NCBI GenBank assembly: GCA_963779615.1 | Contig: CAVZZA010000003.1 | Coordinates: forward strand, 896,001 to 960,000 | Source: an uncultured Nitrososphaeraceae archaeon | GTDB taxonomy: Archaea; Thermoproteota; Nitrososphaeria; Nitrososphaerales; Nitrososphaeraceae | Reading direction: 5' to 3' | Length of the DNA: 64,000 nt | In this document: piece after piece, positions 56,531 through 64,000 of the stretch | Layout of the letters: each line of letters opens with the position of its first letter | Position numbering within the stretch: the stretch's first letter is position 1 | The notes under the pieces: generated by a model | The model's input: only the letters and a program-made list of their open reading frames with translations | The model's database searches: none | What the model was told of the DNA's origin: nothing | Program-made: the position numbers and the translations under genes

Positions 56531-57098
56531 CTTTTATTTCATTCATCACAAACGGTAAAACAATAATCCCGTTTTTATTAATAAAAAAGTAATTAATATT
56601 TTTTTATTATATCCAATTGTTTAGATGATCATTATAGCAATCTTTATCTTGCCTAAACACATTATTTTTAGTTATTATCTCACAGCTAATCTTTATAAAA
56701 ATAATTATATTAAAAAATGGATGCAAAACTTTATAGTAACGGTACAATAGTAACAATAAAAACCTTATACATTAACGTCAACATCAGCATCAATTTACTC
56801 CTCTGTTTTTTTTGCAAACATCGTAGGTTCATTTGCGCCACACCAAGGATTGTTTATAACGCCTCACCTAAAATTGCTTAAAGTATTTGCAAACCCCATT
56901 AAACTCCAGAAAGTCTACCAACATTTTGACTAACATTCAGTCATATTTCAAACGCTTTCGACTATTTTCCTCACTATTAGATTTGATGCAATTACCCCTT
57001 CTAATAGCAAGCACTTCAAGACCCATAACATAAAGCATTATTCGTTTTGAAATCAGGCAAAATACATAGTAACCTAACAATAAAAAAATAGAGTAAAA

Positions 57099-57248
57099 CT
57101 AATTTAATTCTAATTCTTTAATTCTTTCTTCTATCCCTCTAGACTCTCTTTCCAAATCCTGTTTGTACTCTTTCAATATTTCAACTATTTCCTCCCTTGT
57201 AAGATAAGTGCTTCCTTTAGAGCTAGATCCACAATAACCATATGTCAT
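57099..57248 (-). pseudogene. Small coiled-coil protein (DUF5320-like), frameshifted
   Basis: MTYGYCGSSSKGSTYLTREE / VEILKEYKQDLERESRGIEERIKELELN*. Confidence 0.55.
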
Positions 57249-57825
57249 GTATTTATCCTCCTCAATTTATCCCTAGTATTGGACATACGACATATTTCAT
57301 TTATGGTCTATTTATACGTATCGGATATCCAATAGAATACACATAATGAAAATACGGTGATTATCGATAGGAGAATGGATGACAAAAAAAGGTATACTTA
57401 TTATTTTTCCACGATCATCGAAAAAATCTATATGGGCAAGAACTACCCATTGAAATACCTAAAGAAAAACGGGAAAATGAGTTCATTAAATAATATGAAT
57501 TAAGAGATTTTCAGAAAAATGATCTTCAGTGGAGAACAATTGGAAAACCACATAGCATATAGTTTGACAAGAATAGAGTGGATGCTCCAAAACCAATAAA
57601 AGAAATGTAATAGAATTTGACATATTATAGCATCATTAAAAAAGAATGCCAAAAAATGTGTGCAGCACGTTTTTCATTTCATCACATTTTTTAATCGGAA
57701 TGAGTAATATCATGCATTGTAAACGTTGTTAATTGATGCTTTTTTGCAAAAAAAATTAAAAATATTGTTTTTATGGTACGACTTCTTGGCTCTTTTTATA
57801 GTTTTGCAACTCCCGTAGAAAATAC

Positions 57826-58062
57826 TCATAATCCTTTTTTATTGTTTTCAGCATCGACCATTGGTCCGCGACAAGCCTTTTGCAAATAATAAAGAACATC
57901 GTCAATTTTTTTTATTAGGGTCACTAAATGCTGGTTTGTTATCTGGAGTTCTCTTAAAACATCATCTTTTGATGCAAAAGAGTTGGAAAGTTCGTCTGTG
58001 GTATTGGGCATTTTTTCCATGTGCTCCATCATCTTTTTTAACTGTTCTTCAATGTCATCCAT
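57826..58062 (-). CDS. Hypothetical coiled-coil protein
   Basis: 78-aa ORF with ATG start. Confidence 0.6.
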   Translation of the reverse strand: MDDIEEQLKKMMEHMEKMPNTTDELSNSFASKDDVLRELQITNQHLVTLIKKIDDVLYYLQKACRGPMVDAENNKKGL

Positions 58063-58656
58063 AAAGGTAGAATTGAATTATAAAGTTTATAGATTAGAGT
58101 ACAATTTTATTAAATAATTTATAATTGAATGGATCAAATCTTAATACGCGATCATTTTATTCTAACCATTTTTTATTTATCCAGCATCCATGTTACTTTT
58201 ATCTTTTTATAAATGAAACTGACTCTTGCCATCTTATTACTCGTATTAGTAATTTACTCTGAAATGGTCACTTGTATTGTATAATGGTGCTATTTTGCAT
58301 AAAATAATAAAAAAATTATTAAAACAATCCAAGATTGTGCCTAGCGGTTATTTTCTTTTTTTAAAGGAAATAAAAAATGACTGTTACCCATCATTAAATA
58401 CAATCTCCTGTATGAGGGGTACAAGTTTACAAGTAATTTGTTTCAAATAAAAGGAACAATCTATTTATTTAGGAAATTACCGGAATTAAATGATCTTTTG
58501 ATAGGCATAGCGAACACAGCAAGTGACCAGAGATCAAATTAGCAAATTTATAAAAAAATGATTGAAAATCAAGTGTACATATTAATGACAGGGAAAATTT
58601 CAACCAGAAATAAACATATCTTACTTTTGTTTTTATGAAATTGGCGAAAATTTAAA

Positions 58657-59709
58657 GTGTTAGGTCAAAAAGAAATAGTTAAAAGAAACATACAGTTCAT
58701 CTTATCTCATTTTAATTACCAAGAATACAAGTTTCCAAGAGCTATAATGACCTTGAAAACAAAAGGTCAAGTTCATACAAACAATGAAGAAGAGATACTT
58801 AAGCACTTTTTAGAATCCGATTTTAAAGATTGCAGGATTAATGGATATCCTTTTTATGAAGAGAATGCCAATAGATTGTACCCAAGCTTTATCTTTATTG
58901 ATTTGGATTTATCTTTATGTAGCGTATGCAAATATCCAGAAAGGAAACTTGATTATATTTTAAAACAAACTTTGAATAAAATAGAAAAAGAAATTAACGG
59001 CGTTCCCACTGTGCTTTGGACAGGAGGTGGTTACCATATCTATCAACCAATCACAGCAGATAATCCAAATGATAAAGAATGGACAGAAAGACGTCCCTTA
59101 GAACACATCACCGCATTTAATGAATTTTTGCCACATGTCAATAATGATTTAACAACTGAATTTATGAGGTTTGCAGCCAAACATTTCACAAATAACCAAA
59201 AAGACCCAAAACATAATCCATCCACAAAATCATGTCTCATCCGGGTACCGGAAACCATTAATTCAAAATATAATTTTAGAGTCGAAATAAGGCAAAAATG
59301 GGACGGAAAAGAAGCTAATGCCAACATAATCACATCATATTTTCAAGATAACCTGATGCGAACAAGGTCTGAGTATGTAAAAAAGACAAACGGTAAAGTG
59401 AACTATACACACATAGATAAAATAGGTTGGATTGAAAAATTATTAGAAACCCCATTGGCAGACAACAGGAAATATTGTTTATGGAAGATTCTAATACCAT
59501 ATCTTGCAAACATAAAGAAACTACCAAAATATGAAATAGTTCCCATATTAATAGAATGGTTGGACAAATGCGACCGAATAAAAAGTATTGATTTTAGATC
59601 TCAAAGCAAAATAGAAGACAATTTAAGAAATGTTAAAAATTACCTGCCCATCAGCCTAGATAATTTAAAAGACGACAATTTTGAATTATACAAAACACTA
59701 AAAAGATGA
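58657..59709 (+). CDS. Archaeo-eukaryotic primase (AEP) domain fused to a PriX-like C-terminal domain
   Basis: Motif I FIDLD, motif II TGGGYHIY, KSCLIRVPETINSK; C-terminal WIEKLLETPL.D.RKY.LW.ILIPYL.N. Confidence 0.8.
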   Translation: MLGQKEIVKRNIQFILSHFNYQEYKFPRAIMTLKTKGQVHTNNEEEILKHFLESDFKDCRINGYPFYEENANRLYPSFIFIDLDLSLCSVCKYPERKLDYILKQTLNKIEKEINGVPTVLWTGGGYHIYQPITADNPNDKEWTERRPLEHITAFNEFLPHVNNDLTTEFMRFAAKHFTNNQKDPKHNPSTKSCLIRVPETINSKYNFRVEIRQKWDGKEANANIITSYFQDNLMRTRSEYVKKTNGKVNYTHIDKIGWIEKLLETPLADNRKYCLWKILIPYLANIKKLPKYEIVPILIEWLDKCDRIKSIDFRSQSKIEDNLRNVKNYLPISLDNLKDDNFELYKTLKR

Positions 59710-59719
59710 ATAGCCACTC

Positions 59720-60450
59720 CCCAAACCTTAAAAGTCTTATCAATTTCATTATTAAAGTTAAATTTAGAATCCATCCCAAAACATTTTACTATAAATTACG
59801 ATACACCTGGATATGTTTACTGAGCCAAGATAGGTCTCTTTTGCTTTCTGTCACACCTTGTGAACAAGTTCCTAAAATCTGTTATGCCATCATGAATCAG
59901 ATCTCTATCTATAATATCCACCCTCTTGCAAATTGTCTTTTGGATTGATTCTATCTTCCCCTTTCTCCCATCATCTTTTTCCTCAATGTTTGATACCAGG
60001 TGCATATTTCCTCATTAAACGACCCTATGTCACAATACATTAGAATCCTATAGTATGTCTTCAACCGCTCTAAGACAATTTTTTGCAACTCCATTTCTAA
60101 GGGACTCTTTTTCAAAGCGACATCCTCCTCTTGATGGCCAATGATTTACAAGAATGGATATCTCCGCATTGTTATGAAGTACCGATAAATTTATCAGAAA
60201 GACATCTCTCGAATATCAAGTCATGTTGTTTCTTTTTGCAAAGTTAAATCTAAAAACGTCTTTGGAGTACATTAAACAGGTATCAATTTCCCTGATATCA
60301 GGACTATCTGGGTATTGAGCAACAGTATAAACATCTTGCTTTTCCATTTTCTCTATTAATGCATGAGCCAATTTTTCATTTTCAATTTCACAGTCCCAGC
60401 AGATCAGGACCTTGACCATTGTATGAGTAGATTATTTATGGACTTTAAAA
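59720..60450 (-). pseudogene. Endonuclease/exonuclease/phosphatase (EEP) family remnant
   Basis: CEIENE, DSPDIREIDTCLMY, SRDVFLINL and ILVNHWPSRGG, separated by stops; boundaries approximate. Confidence 0.75.
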
Positions 60451-60581
60451 AAACACTTTGTAAAAAACATCCATTTAAGTGCGGGAATGATCAAAAATTT
60501 TAAAGGAAAAACTCCCTTGTGAAGAGCATTTAAATTTGCTCTTTGATTTCAAATAATTGTATTCTTTATTATTATTGACGT

Positions 60582-61133
60582 TTAAAGACTCTTCTCCAAA
60601 CTCTCTGCTTGTAAATAATGATGTAACTCATGGGCATTCTTTTCATGGCCTTCCAAAACATCCTTAAGTAAATCGTCTATTCCATGGTCTTTATTTTCTT
60701 TTGCAAAATCAATCCTTTCCCTAATAGATGTAATCAATTGTTGTTCTGCTTTTAAATCATTTTCCAACATAGTTCTAAGATTGTATTTGTCTTCTCCTTC
60801 GAATTGTACATAGGATAGTTCTTCAAATCGTGAAGGATTTGATACAGGTATTCCCCCTATCAAAGTTATACGTTCAGCTAATTCCTCAGCAAGTTCTTGA
60901 ATCGTTTTTGCATATCCATCTAAAGCTGCAGATACGTGCTTCCAATCAGGTCCTTCCACTATCCAATGTTGCTTTTTTAATTGATAGAATAACATAAAAT
61001 GACTTGCAAGATCTGTATTCAGCTGTTCTTTCATCTGTTTAGTATAATCTTCAGATAATACAATTGGATTTTTCTCCAGTTCATCAAATTTTTGCTTTGT
61101 TTCTTGAGATTTATCTTTATTTTGTGATTTCAA
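60582..61133 (-). CDS. dps: Dps-type ferritin-like DNA protection protein
   Basis: KKQHWIVEGP, AERI..IGG.P, DL.AEQ and HEKNAHELHHYL motifs. Confidence 0.85.
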   Translation of the reverse strand: MKSQNKDKSQETKQKFDELEKNPIVLSEDYTKQMKEQLNTDLASHFMLFYQLKKQHWIVEGPDWKHVSAALDGYAKTIQELAEELAERITLIGGIPVSNPSRFEELSYVQFEGEDKYNLRTMLENDLKAEQQLITSIRERIDFAKENKDHGIDDLLKDVLEGHEKNAHELHHYLQAESLEKSL

Positions 61134-61865
61134 GTTCTCTCAATAAGATTTGAGGAACATAGTATATAACATAGAGAAGTAATTGCACTGTATTAGTTTT
61201 AGAAAAACACCTGCCTATAGTCAGTTGATTCGTCAGGATAAAGAAAATGAGATAAATCGCAAAATTATAAACATCGTGAAAGTGTTTAGATCACCTGGTG
61301 TCTCAACTCAGTCAGATATAAGAATAAATAGTTTAGAAAAAATCGATGGCAACTTTTACATAATTGAGGAGTATCAATATACTAATCTTTTTAATAGAAT
61401 CATATTTGAGAAAGGAGTGTCCGAAATCATATTAAAAAAAACCAGGTCCAATGAATGGTAAAATTGACCCTAAAAATCCAGCAAATAAGATCTAATAAAG
61501 ATAACTTTGTGACGTGTAATTCTGTATCATAGTCACCAGTCTTTTTTTCCATATTGACCGACTGCACATGTTTGCATTCGAATCACACCTGTTTCCATGA
61601 CTATTAACGATGTATTTGCTGCAAACCCCAACATTTCATTTGTATTTTTCCCTTTATATTATCTATTTTTATTGATATATACAGGAATCAGGCACTTACT
61701 ATGTAAAATTACTAGTTAATTTTTTATCAAGTTTATATAATATTAAACACAAATTATGTAAAATATGGTTATCAATTATAATTTACATGACAACTCATCA
61801 AGTGAATTATTGCGTCAAGTTTTTAAAGCCAGGTTGTTAGGGGAAACCAGGTAGAAAATGATACC

Positions 61866-62840
61866 ATGAAGTATAACATTAAGCAAATATTATCAGAAGT
61901 AGCAATAAATTAAATCATTGAACATAAAAACAAAAAAACGATTAAAGGTTTTTCTTCTCTTAAAGACGAAGTCTGATGATCTTTCTTATTGCGTAGGTAG
62001 TGGGGAAGAATGGATTTCTCTTATTATGGAGTCTAATGCGGGCATTATTCTTTGTAGATACAATACGAGAAACATTATTTCTTCCAAATCTTTAGATAAT
62101 CAACTTATATTTGTAAACCATCCTAGATTGGCTTTTATACGAATTGTTAAGTACACTGCAGAAATAAAAAAATGATTGGTATTTCATCTACTGCTGTAAA
62201 TCATACAGATCCAGAATTGGTAAAAGTTGCCATACAGGAAATATTACATTGATAGGTGAAGATTGTTCAATAGGGAGAATATCATAATTAGTGATAAAGC
62301 AACCATACTACAATATACCAAGATTGGTAAGAACTGCTAAATTCAACCATCAATCACAATTGGTGCTGATGGCTTTGGATTTGAAAGGTACCTTGATAGT
62401 CTGGTATTGGAAAGATTTCCCCATTTTTGTGGTGTTATCATAGGAGATAGTGTTGAAATTTGTGCCAATAGATCTAATGCTCGGGGGTCTCTTTCAAACA
62501 CAACAATAGGCAAGGGTACAAAAATTGATGCATTAGTAGATATAGCACATAGTGTTAAGATCGGTATTAACTGCGAGATTGCTGCTGGAAGTATTATAGG
62601 CGGTAGCACCATAATTGGCAATAATTGCTGGCTTGGCCTTAATTGTACCTTAAAGAATAAAGTTAAATTTGGAAATAACGCCATTGTTGCTTGTGGAGCA
62701 ACCGTTATCAACAATGTGGTGGATGAGGACATTGTTGCAGGGTTCCTTCGGTATCAATAAAAAGTAAAACCACCTTAGAGAAAGCTCAATTGTTTCTTAT
62801 GTCAGGGGCAAAAATCAATTCAAAGATAACACATAATTAG
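61866..62840 (+). pseudogene. LpxD-like hexapeptide acyltransferase pseudogene
   Basis: IFVNHPRLAF, IGADGFGFER, GVIIGDSVEI.AN...RG, TKID.LV.IAH.V.IG; several stops and frameshifts. Confidence 0.8.
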
Positions 62841-63036
62841 TGAAGTGAGCAATGTCGAATAAACTAAATATAGCTGTAATCAATTTAATTTATGTGATTA
62901 TTTTTTAAATTTAAATGTATTTTGCAATCTTATTTGCAGTGTAATTACATTTTCACCTACCCACTTCAAAATACAAAGGTAATTTTTAACATATTTTAAC
63001 ACAGGCTAAATAGTTCAATCAATCAACACTGTTCAT

Positions 63037-63363
63037 ATGAAACATAATAATGATTACGGTAATGGATCAATAAAAACGAAGTGCAATTCAGAGTATGCGC
63101 ATATCCTAGATGAAGGGACAATATGGTTTATTGATTACATTTTAGGTGTTGCATTTCCAACGCCAATTAATTTTGCAGGCAAAGAAAATGGGCTTTATGA
63201 ATCTGGTTTACCATACAAAGAATTTCCAGACTATTTAGATTTCCAAAACTATTTAGAAGAAATAACTGGTGGTCAGGAGGTATCTTTGGAGTCATCAGTA
63301 GGTTTGGATACAACCAAGGAGACAAACAGCATAATAAGATGGATTACTAAATACGCAATATGA
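63037..63363 (+). CDS. Hypothetical protein or gene fragment
   Basis: 108-aa ORF with ATG start; no motif recognised. Confidence 0.35.
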   Translation: MKHNNDYGNGSIKTKCNSEYAHILDEGTIWFIDYILGVAFPTPINFAGKENGLYESGLPYKEFPDYLDFQNYLEEITGGQEVSLESSVGLDTTKETNSIIRWITKYAI

Positions 63364-64000
63364 AAATAAAGTACAATGACGTGGTAACATGGTATTTGGT
63401 TTGATAAGCTATAGAGTAATGTATCATTCATAAAAATCAGACACAATACCCTATTGTACAGTATAGGCTGTTTCCATTTATGCAATAGATCTATGAGTTA
63501 TACAACAGAGCATTTCCATTGTGTTTGTGTTTGTGTTCGGTTTCATTATCTACGGATTTAAAGATAAATAATAGGCAATTGCATAAATATCATAATTATA
63601 GTAACAATGATTCAGTAATAATATTGATTTCTTTAGATGCCCATGCCGTCAAAAGTAGGATAAAGTGCATTTACAATTAACAATGATAACCTAAAAAACC
63701 GAAAAAAAGTAATTGGCCTGTTCAATTGAGATTTTGTTTGAAAATACGAATTCAGATTACAAAACAACTTTAATTTAAGTAGAGCATTCAACAGGGCTCA
63801 TCTTAAAATATATCTTTTTTATTGGTTGTATTTTATTGATTTAGGAAATAGATATACATTGGAATTAAAGAATTTGAATTGATTTGATTAAAATATCATA
63901 CAAAACATTGCACCCCATAACAGTTTTACCTATTATTATCATCATATAATTTTTATTATTATTATTATTATTCAGCATTTTTTAATCTGAGAACGAAGCT

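Noticed and set aside
56760-57060. Possible DsrE/TusA-like remnant on the minus strand
   Set aside because: Only vague similarity across several frames
1-64000. CRISPR array, rRNA/tRNA genes, integrase or provirus
   Set aside because: No regularly spaced repeat-spacer units, structured RNA gene signatures, recombinase or capsid ORFs seen by eye; tRNAscan-SE and CRISPR finders would be decisive

Overview
AT-rich archaeal chromosomal window. Gene content points to an ammonia-oxidising Nitrososphaerota, Nitrosocosmicus-like (inferred from DUF424, DUF373, MptE, cupredoxin, DUF2024, PriX-like primase and a TrmB-repeat histidine kinase). The first ~29 kb is mostly housekeeping (pyrF, guaA, mptE, uppS, purA, guaB, two tmk-like genes, ilvE, aspartate kinase), interrupted by a MITE-flanked C2H2 zinc-finger island after guaA. 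The remaining ~35 kb is gene-sparse accessory DNA with three decayed IS elements and many gene remnants (P-II, ZIP transporter, RidA, EEP nuclease, LpxD-like). No rRNA, tRNA or CRISPR array was seen, and no complete novel multi-gene system can be proven from sequence alone. The strongest unexplained signals are: (1) all three single-base frameshifts in long, otherwise intact genes can be placed at GTAC palindromes, suggesting a motif-specific sequencing error and possibly a GTAC DNA modification; (2) two ISH1-type MITEs bracket a C2H2 gene; (3) a stand-alone AEP-PriX-like fusion primase; (4) a GC-rich tandem thymidylate-kinase pair; (5) a methyltransferase plus UbiA-like membrane protein pair. 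All family assignments are by motif recognition, not database search.
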